Counted from the stretch's first letter, positions 40,125 through 49,910 are shown. The stretch is 64,000 nt of DNA from an uncultured Desulfarculus sp. (GCA_963665125.2 CAXXUK010000001.1:2688001-2752000); one strand, 5' to 3'. Notes: generated from the sequence alone by a model not told the origin. Numbers and translations are program-made.

Positions 40125-40823
40125 ATGAAGATCCCGCTCAGGCTTGCCGACCACGGCCATCCCCTGGTCGAGAGCCTTGCCAAAAGGCTGACTCAAAACC
40201 AGGCTACGCAAAACAAGAAAATAGAAGCGATTTTTCTGTACGTGCGCGACGAGGTGGCCTTTGGCTTCCCGGCTGACGGCGACCTGGTGCCGGCCTGGCG
40301 CACCATCGAGCTGAAAATGGGCCAGTGCAACACCAAAACCGCCCTGTTTCTGGCCCTGTGCCGGGCGGCTGGCATCAAGGCCAGGGCCCACTTTTCCCTT
40401 ATCAGCCGGGATATCCAACTCGGCCTGTTTAGCGGCTTCATGTTCCGTTTGATGCCCAGGGAAATCAGCCATAGCTGGGCAGAGGTTCAGGTGGACGGCA
40501 AGTGGGTGGCCCTGGACGGCTTCATCAACGACATGCCCTATTTCCTGGCCGCCAGGCGGAGATTGCGGCAAATGGGCTGGGACGTAGGCCTGTCGGTGGC
40601 CTGCAATGCCGGAGACGCCAGCGCCGACTTTGACCTGGCCCATGAGAAATACGTGCAGATGGCCGCCGTCACCATTGACCACGGCGTCTGGGACGAACCC
40701 GGCGATTATTATTCTGGCGGCCTGTACGCCAACCGGCCCGGTTTTTTCAAACTGGCAGCGTACCGGCTCGTGCTGCCGCTGATCAACGCCAGGGTGGCCA
40801 AACTGAGAAACTCATGCCCTTAA
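40125..40823 (+). CDS. Transglutaminase-like domain protein
   Basis: GQCNTK...LCRAAGI, HSWAEV, W..LD (Cys-His-Asp triad). Confidence 0.85.
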   Translation: MKIPLRLADHGHPLVESLAKRLTQNQATQNKKIEAIFLYVRDEVAFGFPADGDLVPAWRTIELKMGQCNTKTALFLALCRAAGIKARAHFSLISRDIQLGLFSGFMFRLMPREISHSWAEVQVDGKWVALDGFINDMPYFLAARRRLRQMGWDVGLSVACNAGDASADFDLAHEKYVQMAAVTIDHGVWDEPGDYYSGGLYANRPGFFKLAAYRLVLPLINARVAKLRNSCP

Positions 40824-40907
40824 CCGGATTCGGCCATGCACCCGCGGCGCAATAGCTGTAATATATAGAGATATATCAATTGCGCCAATCAAACAAACCT
40901 TGGAGGA

Positions 40908-41513
40908 ATGTACATGCTCGATTGCAGGGGACTGGCCTGCCCCCAGCCGGTAATGAGGACCAAGGAGCTTTTGGATGCGGGCGGAGTCGAAACCGTTGAG
41001 GTGATGGTTGACAACAAGGCCGCCAGCATCAACGTCAGCCGTTTTCTGGAATCCCGGGGTTTCAGCGTCCAGACCAGAACCGGGGGGGAAGACTTCACCA
41101 TCGTCGCGGTCTGGGACTCCAGCAAGGAAATCGACGAAACAGAACCGCCCGAGGCCTTTACCTGCGCCACGGACCCGGCCAAGCTTCTGGTGTTCATCCG
41201 CAGCGGCACCATGGGCCGGGGCGATGATGCCTTGGGCCGGGGCCTAATGAAAAACTTCCTGCTGACCCTGCCGGAAATGGGTCCGGATCTGTGGCGGATC
41301 ATGTTCGTCAACTCGGGGGTCAAGCTGTGCATCGAAGGGGCCGAGGCCCTGGAGTCCATCCAGAAGCTGGAAAAAAGCGGCGTCAGCGTCCTGGTCTGCG
41401 GAACCTGCCTGACCCATTTTGACCTGTTGGAACAAAAGAAGGTGGGCGAAACGACCAACATGCTCGACATCGTCACCTCGCTGCAACTGGCCGACAAGGT
41501 CATCACCATCTAG
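40908..41513 (+). CDS. yedF: Sulfurtransferase-like selenium metabolism protein YedF (TusA/SirA + DsrE domains)
   Basis: LDCRGLACPQPV; MGRGDDALG; NSGVKL; CGTCL; VGETTNM. Confidence 0.88.
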   Translation: MYMLDCRGLACPQPVMRTKELLDAGGVETVEVMVDNKAASINVSRFLESRGFSVQTRTGGEDFTIVAVWDSSKEIDETEPPEAFTCATDPAKLLVFIRSGTMGRGDDALGRGLMKNFLLTLPEMGPDLWRIMFVNSGVKLCIEGAEALESIQKLEKSGVSVLVCGTCLTHFDLLEQKKVGETTNMLDIVTSLQLADKVITI

Positions 41514-41601
41514 AGACGCCCGCTCGACCTTGAGCCCGCCTGGTTTTGTCACCCAACCTATTGCGTTTACCGATCGTTAATAGTCTTATCGATCGTTTTT
41601 T

Positions 41602-42042
41602 CTAGATCAACGTTTCTCCGCAGGAGCGGCAGCGCCTTGCGCCCCTGATATGCGGTTGGCCGCAGAAGCCGCATTGGTGGCTTTGTTCCATGTCCGCCAC
41701 CCAGGCCTCGGTGCCCATCTCCCGCCAACGGGGCACCTCTTGCAGAATCACCCTTTTGCCCTCGGGCACGGGAAAGGCCTCGATAAGGTCACAGGCAAAA
41801 TCGCCGCACTGGTGGCAGCCCTCATAGCCCTTTTCCCCGGCGCAGGAGCGGATGCCGCATGACTGGCAATAGACGAACAAATAGTCGGACATGCAGCCGC
41901 CGCACTGGACCTGATCCACGGTTACGCCGTAGGCGCCGGCCATCTTGGCCTTGAGTTTTTCATCGCCCTGGCTGGAGGCCACGTAAACGCCGCACACCCC
42001 GCAATACAACCCGCACGGGGCCACCAAATTCTTGTTCACCAT
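41602..42042 (-). CDS. Cys-rich DUF3795-like protein
   Basis: APCGLYCGVC, C.GC, C.IR.C, CHQC..F.C, C-terminal Zn ribbon. Confidence 0.75.
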   Translation of the reverse strand: MVNKNLVAPCGLYCGVCGVYVASSQGDEKLKAKMAGAYGVTVDQVQCGGCMSDYLFVYCQSCGIRSCAGEKGYEGCHQCGDFACDLIEAFPVPEGKRVILQEVPRWREMGTEAWVADMEQSHQCGFCGQPHIRGARRCRSCGETLI

Positions 42043-42069
42043 CTCCGTCCCCCTTTGTTACCCGTCCAT

Positions 42070-43071
42070 TTAGGGTTTATGGCCGCAGACCAAACCGGCC
42101 GGAGCGCCCGGCGGCACCTGTTGCTCGCAACGACAGTCCTTCAAGCCGGCCGTGGTCATGAAACCGCATATTTCCTCGCCGGTATAGGTGCGCCCGCCGT
42201 TTGTGTTGACCAGCATGTTCAGGGCAAAAAGCGGCACAAAAGGCGGCGCCGGATTTGCCCGATTCAAAATGAATTCCTGAACCCAAAGCATGCCGCCCGG
42301 CTTGAGCGCCCCGGCAGCCTTGCTTATCAAATCCCGGCATTGTTCGGGCGATGCGCCGTGCAGAACCTGGCTGATCCAGATAAGGTCCTGGGAATCCGGG
42401 AAAGGCCTTTCATTGTAGTCGCCTTTGATGAACCCGACCTTGCCGTCCAGGCCCATGGCCGCGGCCTCGGCGCGAAAATGCGGTTCGGCCGCCGGCAAAT
42501 CGAACACCGCGGCCTTGAGTCCCGGCTCGTGCCTGGCAAAATTCAGGGCGTATATCCCCGGTCCGCCGCCGATATCCAACAGGCTCTGACCGGCCTTCAG
42601 GCCGATATGCTTGGCGATCATCGGCGCGCGCATGCGGGCCAATTCGGCCATGGCGTTATAAAAATGCGCCCGGTCCGGAGCGTCCTGCTGGCCGCCTTTT
42701 TTAGCCACCGGAGCGCCCCGGCGCACGGCCGTGGCCAGCCGGGCCCAATCCTGAGACATATCGGCCATATGCATGATGTAATTATGCAGGCTTATTGGCG
42801 ATTCAGGGTCCAGCAGCGGAGCCAGCCCGTCAGCCAGGGAGAAGCCTTGGGACCCTTCGCTGACCAGTCCCAGACCGGCCATGGCCACCAGAAGCATGTC
42901 CGTGGCCCCGGCGTCCAGTTCCAGTTCAGCGGCAAGGGTTTGGCTGTTGCACGGTCCCTTGGTCAATCTGGCGGTGATGCCCAACGATGCCGCCGCATGC
43001 AGGGTGAAGGTGGCCCAATAGCCGTTTGCCAGTTGCATAAGTCCTTGCGTGTCCCAAAGCTTGCCGAGCAT
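42070..43071 (-). CDS. SAM-dependent O-methyltransferase with dimerisation domain
   Basis: LLDIGGGPG, VFDLP, GDY, SQVLH, LKPGG. Confidence 0.9.
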   Translation of the reverse strand: MLGKLWDTQGLMQLANGYWATFTLHAAASLGITARLTKGPCNSQTLAAELELDAGATDMLLVAMAGLGLVSEGSQGFSLADGLAPLLDPESPISLHNYIMHMADMSQDWARLATAVRRGAPVAKKGGQQDAPDRAHFYNAMAELARMRAPMIAKHIGLKAGQSLLDIGGGPGIYALNFARHEPGLKAAVFDLPAAEPHFRAEAAAMGLDGKVGFIKGDYNERPFPDSQDLIWISQVLHGASPEQCRDLISKAAGALKPGGMLWVQEFILNRANPAPPFVPLFALNMLVNTNGGRTYTGEEICGFMTTAGLKDCRCEQQVPPGAPAGLVCGHKP

Positions 43072-43176
43072 ATTGCCTCCGTTTCTGATAGATTCATGTT
43101 ATTATGCCAGCAAAACCCGGATGTTGGAAGCTCCGGGGTATGAATTGGACTAGTCGCGGATAACAAGGAGCATTGC

Positions 43177-44238
43177 TTGAGCGGCACGGGTTCCAAATCC
43201 GATCGCCAAATGTTGGACCGGTCTCTGGAAAAGGCGAGGCTGCAGATCCAGTTCAATCCGGCCCAGTTTGGGGTAACGCCGGTGGCGGTGGATTCGCTGC
43301 TGGTGGATGTGCCCTTCCCGGCCGATCTGCTGCTGCCCATGGTAGACGCCGAAACCCGCCGTCTGCGCATGGAAGTGGCCAGCAAGGCGGGCCACCCCTT
43401 TCAGCAACGATGGCAGCAGCGCCTTCGCGACGCCAACCTGAAGCACATCTTCATCAACACGGCCGACACCGAGGCCCTGCGCGGCTATTTCCGCCAAAAC
43501 GCCGACACCATTTTAAGCAGCGACAACCTGTCCCTGAAAAAAAGGGCCTCGGTTATCCAGGAGATGTCGGTTCTGAACCTGCGGGAGATATTTGACATCG
43601 ACCAGCAGGAGCCTGATCAGGCCACGGTCAATTCAGCCGTGCGCCGCACCAAGGATACGGTCCAGAGGTTGGTGGCCCATCCGCAGTTGCTGACGCGCCT
43701 GGCCGAAACCCTGCAGGCCGACTATTCCATCTACACCCACTCGGTGAATGTCTGCATGCTGGCCATGTCGTTCGGGTCCTTCCTTGGCCTCAACCAGAGC
43801 CAGCAGCAGGCCTTGGGCATCGGAGCCATGCTCCACGACGTGGGCATGTCCACCGTGCCCAGGCATATCCTGGAAAAGCCCCACGAGTTGGAAACCTCTG
43901 AAATGGCCCTGATCCGCACCCATCCCCGCAAGGGGTACCAGATGCTTCTGCACGTGGGCGCGGTGCCTTATGATTCGCTGATGATCGTATTGCATCACCA
44001 CGAAGACGCCGACGGCGGCGGTTATCCGGCCGGGCTGAACGCCCAGCGCACGCCCCTGCCGGCCAGGGTGGTGCGGTTGTGCGACGCCTTCGACGCCATG
44101 ACCAGCCAGCGGCCCCACCACGACGCCCTCAGCGCCTTTGACGCGGCGGCCCGGATCATTGAAGGCTCGGACAACAAGTTCGGCGCGGACCTGGTGCCCA
44201 AATTCGTGCGTTTTCTGGCCAGCGATTTCATCAAGTAG
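43177..44238 (+). CDS. HD-GYP domain protein (start uncertain)
   Basis: YTHSVNV, LHDVG, HHEDADGGGYP, DAFDAMTSQRP. Confidence 0.88.
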   Translation: MSGTGSKSDRQMLDRSLEKARLQIQFNPAQFGVTPVAVDSLLVDVPFPADLLLPMVDAETRRLRMEVASKAGHPFQQRWQQRLRDANLKHIFINTADTEALRGYFRQNADTILSSDNLSLKKRASVIQEMSVLNLREIFDIDQQEPDQATVNSAVRRTKDTVQRLVAHPQLLTRLAETLQADYSIYTHSVNVCMLAMSFGSFLGLNQSQQQALGIGAMLHDVGMSTVPRHILEKPHELETSEMALIRTHPRKGYQMLLHVGAVPYDSLMIVLHHHEDADGGGYPAGLNAQRTPLPARVVRLCDAFDAMTSQRPHHDALSAFDAAARIIEGSDNKFGADLVPKFVRFLASDFIK

Positions 44239-44256
44239 AACCGAGTCCTGCCCCCC

Positions 44257-44294
44257 AAAAAAATAAAACCGGCGGTGCGTCATCACACCGCCGG
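44257..44294 (-). terminator. Intrinsic terminator of the mnmA-rrf2-DUF39-NIL operon
   Basis: CCGGCGGTG (44269-44277) / CACCGCCGG (44286-44294) followed by TTTTATTTTTTT on the minus strand. Confidence 0.7.
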
Positions 44295-44317
44295 CATCGT
44301 TTAGTCGGGCTTTTTCG

Positions 44318-44725
44318 TTAGAATTGGCTCTCAATGGCGCCATAGGAGCAAGTGGAAATACAGGACTCGCAGATAATGCACTTGGTGGGCTCGAAGCTCA
44401 CCTCCCGGGTTACCGGGTCCACGCTAAGGGCCTGGGTGGGGCACACGGCCGTGCAGGCGCTGCAATGCACGCAGTTTTCCGGCGTGTAGCGCATCTCCTG
44501 AACCAGGGCGTCGACCTGAACTCCCGCGTCTTCCAGGTAGCTCATGGCCTTTTCAAGATTGCCCTTGCGTCCCTGCATCTCCACGACCATTCGGCCGCTT
44601 TCCCTGGGCCGCACTTGGGCCCGCAGAATATTGATCTGCAGATCGTAGTCCCGGATCAGATGATAGGTCACCGGGTCCTGGATCAGCCTTGGCGGAAAAC
44701 TAAGGATGACCTTTTTTTTAGCCAA
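44318..44725 (-). CDS. NIL domain + 2x[4Fe-4S] ferredoxin (partner of the DUF39 homocysteine enzyme)
   Basis: Probable TTG start (LAKKKVILSF); NILRA; CVHCSACTAVCP and CIICESCISTC. Confidence 0.88.
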   Translation of the reverse strand: MAKKKVILSFPPRLIQDPVTYHLIRDYDLQINILRAQVRPRESGRMVVEMQGRKGNLEKAMSYLEDAGVQVDALVQEMRYTPENCVHCSACTAVCPTQALSVDPVTREVSFEPTKCIICESCISTCSYGAIESQF

Positions 44726-44813
44726 AGGATTACACCTTTTCATGTATATGGTCCCGGTGGCCGATCAAACGGGCCGCCGGATCAACTCGTTTCATGCCTT
44801 GCGGCGCCGGAGG

Positions 44814-45983
44814 CTAAAACGCCAGTTCCGCGCCGGGCAGCGGGGCCACCGCCTTGGTCAGGGTGAACTCACCCTTGGCGATCTTGTCCTTGAGTTCGGC
44901 GGCGATTTTGCGGGCCATCACCCGGCTGCACATGCATCCGGTGGGCACGTTTTTACCGTCGATCTCTATGCGTCCGCTCATCAGCTCGGCCATGGAAACC
45001 CGGCCCAGATCACCCTGACGGCCCATGGGGTAGGCCTCGCTGTAATCCACCAGGGGATAGTAAATATCCGCATCGCAGACAGCGCAATGGGCCATCACCT
45101 GCTCATCCAACACAGGTATGGGTATGCCCAAACCCACGGCCAGGGACACTCCGTAGCCTGTGATGCTGGCAGCCCTCAGATAGCCGGGACGCATCTGCTT
45201 GAGATCGCCCATGAGCGCCAGGGTGGCGGCGCCTCCCAGGGGCAGATCGTTGGCGTCGCGCTCGGGATCGGGAACGTGCTGGGTTCCCGGCCAGACCACA
45301 TAGCCCTCGCCGCCGCCCAGGAATATCCGGGTGCCGATGCCCACGGTGCGCAATTTGGGGTCGTTGAGCAAGGGGCTCAATTCGCCGGCCGTGGCGTAGT
45401 TGGCGTTGCCCAGCCTGGGTTTCAAGACGCCCATGTAGGTATAAATGGTCTTTTCGCTCAGGTTCACGCCGACATTGTAAAGCTGGTAGGCGTTGCGCGG
45501 ATTGAAAAGCGTCGCGCTGGCCATGTCTTCCAGGCCCAGAACAGTGCTGTACTCCTTGCGCGGATAACAGTCGGTGCCATAGGCCTTGATTTCCAGCTTG
45601 AGCTTTTCGCCTGCCAGAAGTTTTTCGATTACATGGGCGCCGCCGTGCTTGAACAAGCCGGGATACACCGCGTTGCGCGGGTCGTTGTCGGGCATCGATC
45701 CGACGCCCAGCATAATGTCCGCCGCGGCAAAACCGGCGTAGGCCCGGACGCCGTCGATCCACACCCTGCCGCCGCCGCATTTGATTTTGGGCGTCGACTG
45801 GCGGATGTTGAAGTACATGGCGGAACTGCACATGGGCCCGAAGGTGCCGGTGGTAACGACATCAACCTCCTTGGCCGCCTGCGTCACGCCCTTGTCGCGA
45901 ACCAGTTCAACAACTTCCTCGGCCGTGGCCACGACCACCTTGCCGGACTTGATCTTCTGGTTGATCTCCTCGATTGTCCTCAT
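44814..45983 (-). CDS. DUF39 homocysteine biosynthesis protein (L-aspartate semialdehyde sulfurtransferase, MA1821-like, without CBS domains)
   Basis: RTIEEINQKI, VDVVTTGTFGPMCSS, GTDCYP, NPRNAYQ, TYMG, IGTRIFLGG. Confidence 0.9.
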   Translation of the reverse strand: MRTIEEINQKIKSGKVVVATAEEVVELVRDKGVTQAAKEVDVVTTGTFGPMCSSAMYFNIRQSTPKIKCGGGRVWIDGVRAYAGFAAADIMLGVGSMPDNDPRNAVYPGLFKHGGAHVIEKLLAGEKLKLEIKAYGTDCYPRKEYSTVLGLEDMASATLFNPRNAYQLYNVGVNLSEKTIYTYMGVLKPRLGNANYATAGELSPLLNDPKLRTVGIGTRIFLGGGEGYVVWPGTQHVPDPERDANDLPLGGAATLALMGDLKQMRPGYLRAASITGYGVSLAVGLGIPIPVLDEQVMAHCAVCDADIYYPLVDYSEAYPMGRQGDLGRVSMAELMSGRIEIDGKNVPTGCMCSRVMARKIAAELKDKIAKGEFTLTKAVAPLPGAELAF

Positions 45984-45999
45984 TCAGCCACTTGCCCTG

Positions 46000-46455
46000 T
46001 CAACTATTGGCCACCATTTTGTGATCCGGCGGGCAGATCAGGTCTTTTTCCTTCTGGCGTTCACACATGTCGGCCAAGCTAATTTTGGAGAGGAAATCGA
46101 CCAGCAATTGGCCCATTTCACCCCAGACCAGGTGCACGGTGCAACCGCCGACACGGGTGCAGAACTGGGCATCCTGGACACACTCCACAGGAGCCAGGGG
46201 GCCCTCGAGGCTGCGCACGATGTCATACAGCGTAATGTCCTTGGGATCGGCCGCCAGCATATAACCGCCACGGGCGCCGCGCACGCTCTTGACCAGTCCC
46301 GCGCCCTTGAGGGGGATGAGCAGCTGCTCAAGATATTTGGCCGAAATCTCCTGGCGCAGAGCCAGGTTGCGGAGCGGAACCGGACCGTCAACTTCATGCA
46401 TGGCCAGTTCGAGCATCGCCCTTACTCCATAACGTCCTCTGGTAGAAAGCTTCAT
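46000..46455 (-). CDS. Rrf2-family regulator (IscR/CymR-like, three Cys + His)
   Basis: MKLSTRGRYG, KYLEQL, SVRGARGGY, CVQDAQFCTRVGGCTVH. Confidence 0.92.
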   Translation of the reverse strand: MKLSTRGRYGVRAMLELAMHEVDGPVPLRNLALRQEISAKYLEQLLIPLKGAGLVKSVRGARGGYMLAADPKDITLYDIVRSLEGPLAPVECVQDAQFCTRVGGCTVHLVWGEMGQLLVDFLSKISLADMCERQKEKDLICPPDHKMVANS

Positions 46456-46475
46456 GTCGTCACCATCCGTTGCTG

Positions 46476-47498
46476 TTAAAAACTTTTGCTTATCCACGCT
46501 GACCCGGCGACCACGCCGTCTTTATAGAAAACAGCCAACTGGCCGGGGGCCACGGCTCCCTGCGGCAGCAGGAAGTCAACTTTAATTTCATCGCCGCCGC
46601 TTACGCGGCAGGCTGTTGCCCGGGCCGAATAACGAACCCGGCATTCCAACACTTCGCCCGGCTCCGGCGTGAAGCGCCACAATGGGCTACTGGCCATGAG
46701 TCCGGTCGTGGTCAACATTTCCTTTGGCCCCACCTTGACCGCGGCGCGCTGTCCGTCCAACTCCACCACATAGGCGGGATGTCCCAAGGCGATGCCCAGG
46801 CCGCGCCTTTGCCCCACCGTATAGCGGTGGATTCCCAGGTGATAACCCAAACGGTTGCCCCGAAGGTCCTCGATTGGTCCGGGCCGCACCAACCCGCGCG
46901 AACTGATTATCTCGTCCCAGCCACCCGGCGGCAGAAAACAGCCGTCCTGGCTTTCGGCACGTCCGGCGGCGGGCAGGCCCGCTTTCCGGGCTATCTCCCG
47001 CACCTGTTCCTTGTGCAGCCCACCAAGGGGCATCTCAAGAAGATCCAGCATTTCCGGCCTCAAACGGGCCAGAAAATAGGCCTGGCTCTTGTTGCTGTCG
47101 ACGCCCTGGGCCAGGGCCGGACCGTCGGCAAACCGCAACACACGGGCATAATGACCGGTTGCCATCACCTCGCAGCCCAAACTCCGGGCCGCTTCCCACA
47201 AAAGAGGAAACTTCACCCCGGCGTTGCATACGGCACAGGGGTTGGGCGTCAGGCCTTTTGAGTAAGCCCGGGCCGCGGGCCCCAGCACCAACCGCTCGAA
47301 CGCCTCGGCGGCGTCCACGATATGATGCTCGATGCCCAAGGCACGGGCTGATTCCGGCGCTTCGCTCAGCGGCGCTTGGGCGCCTGCTCCGATGCGCAAC
47401 GTCAAGCCGATGATCTGGTGGCCCGCCTCTTGGAGGATATGGGCGGCAACGGTTGAATCAACGCCGCCGCTAAGCGCCATGCCGACACGGGCCATCAC
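46476..47498 (-). CDS. mnmA: tRNA U34 2-thiouridylase
   Basis: SGGVDS, TPNPCAVCN, ATGHYA, ESQDGCF, YTVGQRRG, APGQ. Confidence 0.93.
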   Translation of the reverse strand: MMARVGMALSGGVDSTVAAHILQEAGHQIIGLTLRIGAGAQAPLSEAPESARALGIEHHIVDAAEAFERLVLGPAARAYSKGLTPNPCAVCNAGVKFPLLWEAARSLGCEVMATGHYARVLRFADGPALAQGVDSNKSQAYFLARLRPEMLDLLEMPLGGLHKEQVREIARKAGLPAAGRAESQDGCFLPPGGWDEIISSRGLVRPGPIEDLRGNRLGYHLGIHRYTVGQRRGLGIALGHPAYVVELDGQRAAVKVGPKEMLTTTGLMASSPLWRFTPEPGEVLECRVRYSARATACRVSGGDEIKVDFLLPQGAVAPGQLAVFYKDGVVAGSAWISKSF

Positions 47499-47500
47499 TG

Positions 47501-47578
47501 TCCTCCACGGAAATACTTAGAAAGTACGTGGAGGATTCGGATTTTTTGAAATATATCTCCGAAGCAACCCACTGTCAA
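47501..47578 (-). promoter_or_regulatory. Sigma70 promoter plus RBS-covering inverted repeat upstream of mnmA
   Basis: TTGACA (47578-47573), N17, TATATT (47555-47550); TCCTCCACG / CGTGGAGGA inverted repeat at 47501-47535. Confidence 0.65.
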
Positions 47579-47662
47579 CCTGGTTTTCCCTATTATTCCC
47601 TATGGTTTTTATTATTTTAAATAACAGCCCCGCCGGATTGACAATTTGGCGTGATCGGGTGC

Positions 47663-48127
47663 TTAATCGGAGCCGCCGCGAAGGGCCCGCTCCATCTCCC
47701 GTTCCTGGTCCCGCTTCTTGAGGGTGGCCCGTTTGTCGTGGAGTTTTTTGCCCTTGCCCAGGCCCAGTTCCACCTTTGCCCTGCCGTTTTTAAAATACAA
47801 GGCCAGGGGGATCAGGCTGCGCCCCTCTTCCTGGACCTTGGCGGCCAGGCGGCTGATCTCGCGTTTGTGCATCAGCAACTTGCGCTGACGGGTAGGTTCG
47901 TGATTATCGTAGTAGGCAAAAGGATAGGGCTGGATCTGGCAGCCGACCAGCCATAGCTCACCATTCTTCACCTTGGCGTAGGCCTCGGCCAGGTTGGCCT
48001 TGCCCAGGCGCAGTGATTTGACCTCGGTGCCCGTGAGCACCAGCCCCGCTTCAAACTGGTCTTCGATTTCGTAGTTGAAACGCGCTTTTTTGTTGCGGGC
48101 TATTATCTTGATGCCGCCGCCGGCCAT
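47663..48127 (-). CDS. smpB: SsrA-binding protein
   Basis: NKKARFNY, EAGLVLTGTEVKSLR, RKLLMHK, GKKLHDKR. Confidence 0.98.
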   Translation of the reverse strand: MAGGGIKIIARNKKARFNYEIEDQFEAGLVLTGTEVKSLRLGKANLAEAYAKVKNGELWLVGCQIQPYPFAYYDNHEPTRQRKLLMHKREISRLAAKVQEEGRSLIPLALYFKNGRAKVELGLGKGKKLHDKRATLKKRDQEREMERALRGGSD

Positions 48128-48128
48128 G

Positions 48129-49910
48129 TCAGGAAATCTCCGCCGGTGCTCCGGCCCCCATCAATTGGGGAAAAGCATTGCGCAGTTCGGTGGTCATGAA
48201 GCTGGCCACATCGGCAGCCGTGGCGAACGACAGGGCCTGGCGGGCCAACTGGTGCCAATGGGCGCGGTCGGCCTGGCGCAGGATCTGCTTGACCCTGGGA
48301 ATGGTCAGCGCGTTCATAGAAAGCTCATCCAGGCCCAGGCCCAACAAAAGCGGCACGGCGCGGTAGTCGCCGGCCATCTCGCCGCACATGGCCACGGGGA
48401 TGCCCGCCGCGTGCCCGGCCTCGACCACCAGGGATATCATGCGCAGCACCGCCGGATGCATGGGCTGGTACAAATGAGCCACGTATTCGTTCACCCTGTC
48501 GATGGCCAGGGTGTATTGAATCAAATCATTGGTGCCGATGGAAAAGAAGTCGGCGTGCTTGGCCAAATGGTCGGACACGGCCACGGCCGAAGGCACCTCA
48601 ACCATGATCCCCACCTGAATCTGGTGGTCATAGTCGATGCCCCTGTGATCCAGGTCGGTCTTTACCTCGTCCAGCACGGCCTTGGCCTTTAAAAGCTCGC
48701 CCACGCCGCTGATCATCGGGAACATCACCCTGATCTTGCCATGGGCGCTGGCCCGCAGGATGGCTCGCAGCTGGGTCTTGAACAACTCCCGCTCCTGCAG
48801 GCAAAAACGGATGGCCCGCAGGCCCAATGCCGGGTTGGCCTCGGGAACCAGGTCAATGCTGTGGGCGAATTTGTCGCCGCCGATGTCCAGGGTTCGGATA
48901 GTCACCGGCAGGGGGTCCATCAGCTTGGCCACTTCCACGAAATCGGACAGCAGTTCTTCCTCGGTGGGAAGCTGGGCGCGGTTCATATAAAGAAATTCGG
49001 TACGATACAGGCCGATGCCCTCGGCGCCGTAGCGCAACACCCCGGCGGCCTCCAGGCCCAATTCGATATTGGCCTCCACGTGCACCCGGTGTCCGTCGGA
49101 AGTGACGGCGTCCCGGCTGGCCTGGGCCAGAATCTCCTTGTTGTAAATCTCATAGGCTTCCTGGCGCTCACGGTAAGCCACCAGGGTCTCTTCATGGGGA
49201 TTGACGATGACCTTGCCGGTGCTGCCGTCGATGATGATGAAATCGCCGTTTTTGGCCACGCGGCTGATGCGCTGGAGGCCCACCACCGCGGGAATGGCCC
49301 TGGCCTGGGCCATGATGGCCGTGTGGCTGGTGGGGCCGCCCATGTCGGTGGCGAAACCCAGGACCCAGTCGAGGTCCATCTTGGCCGTGTCGGCCGGGGA
49401 CAGATCGTGGGCCACCACCACGACCTTTTCGCGGATTTTGCTCAGTTCCTCATCGGCCTGGCCGATGAGGTGGCGCATTACCTGGTCGGTGACGTATTCG
49501 ATGTCGTTGAAGCGCGAACGGATGTATTCGTCCTTGATCCGTTCGAACATGCTCATTGTCTCGCTGACGGCAAGGGACAGGGCCCATTCTGCGTTGATCA
49601 GCCTGTCGTTGATGAGATGTTCGGTGCGCTGGCTGATCATGTTGTCGCGCAGGATCAGCAGGTGGGCCTCGATGATATGGGCGTATTCGCTCAGATCGCC
49701 GCCCAGTTCGTCCTTGGCCGCGTTGAGTTCGCTCTCCGTGGCGGCAAGGGCCTCCCGGAAGCGGCCGATCTCACGCTGGCACTGGCCGGGGTCGTCCAGG
49801 GTGGCATAGGGGATCTGCATGGGCCGCCGAATCACGGTCAGAGCCCTGCCGATGACTATGCCCGGCGATGCGCCGACGCCGCTAAGCTGATGTTCTTCAC
49901 CGCTAGTCAT
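48129..49910 (-). CDS. ptsI: PTS enzyme I
   Basis: GGPTSHTAIMA, GIGLYRTEF, LGLRAIR, SIGTNDL, MCGEMAG; start MTSGEE overlaps the ptsH stop. Confidence 0.96.
   Translation of the reverse strand: MTSGEEHQLSGVGASPGIVIGRALTVIRRPMQIPYATLDDPGQCQREIGRFREALAATESELNAAKDELGGDLSEYAHIIEAHLLILRDNMISQRTEHLINDRLINAEWALSLAVSETMSMFERIKDEYIRSRFNDIEYVTDQVMRHLIGQADEELSKIREKVVVVAHDLSPADTAKMDLDWVLGFATDMGGPTSHTAIMAQARAIPAVVGLQRISRVAKNGDFIIIDGSTGKVIVNPHEETLVAYRERQEAYEIYNKEILAQASRDAVTSDGHRVHVEANIELGLEAAGVLRYGAEGIGLYRTEFLYMNRAQLPTEEELLSDFVEVAKLMDPLPVTIRTLDIGGDKFAHSIDLVPEANPALGLRAIRFCLQERELFKTQLRAILRASAHGKIRVMFPMISGVGELLKAKAVLDEVKTDLDHRGIDYDHQIQVGIMVEVPSAVAVSDHLAKHADFFSIGTNDLIQYTLAIDRVNEYVAHLYQPMHPAVLRMISLVVEAGHAAGIPVAMCGEMAGDYRAVPLLLGLGLDELSMNALTIPRVKQILRQADRAHWHQLARQALSFATAADVASFMTTELRNAFPQLMGAGAPAEIS

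Noticed and set aside
37589..41513. Selenocysteine recoding in fdhD or yedF
   Set aside because: Neither frame has an internal TGA at a Cys-equivalent position
41567..41597. Two TTA(C/T)CGATCGTT copies
   Set aside because: Lie between convergent gene ends; most simply a weak terminator hairpin, not an operator or iteron array
43121..43130. ATGTTGGAAG resembling the TetR operator
   Set aside because: Only a half-site; no matching left arm
47580..47662. tmRNA next to smpB
   Set aside because: Gap is too short and lacks the GGGG...CCACCA tRNA-like ends
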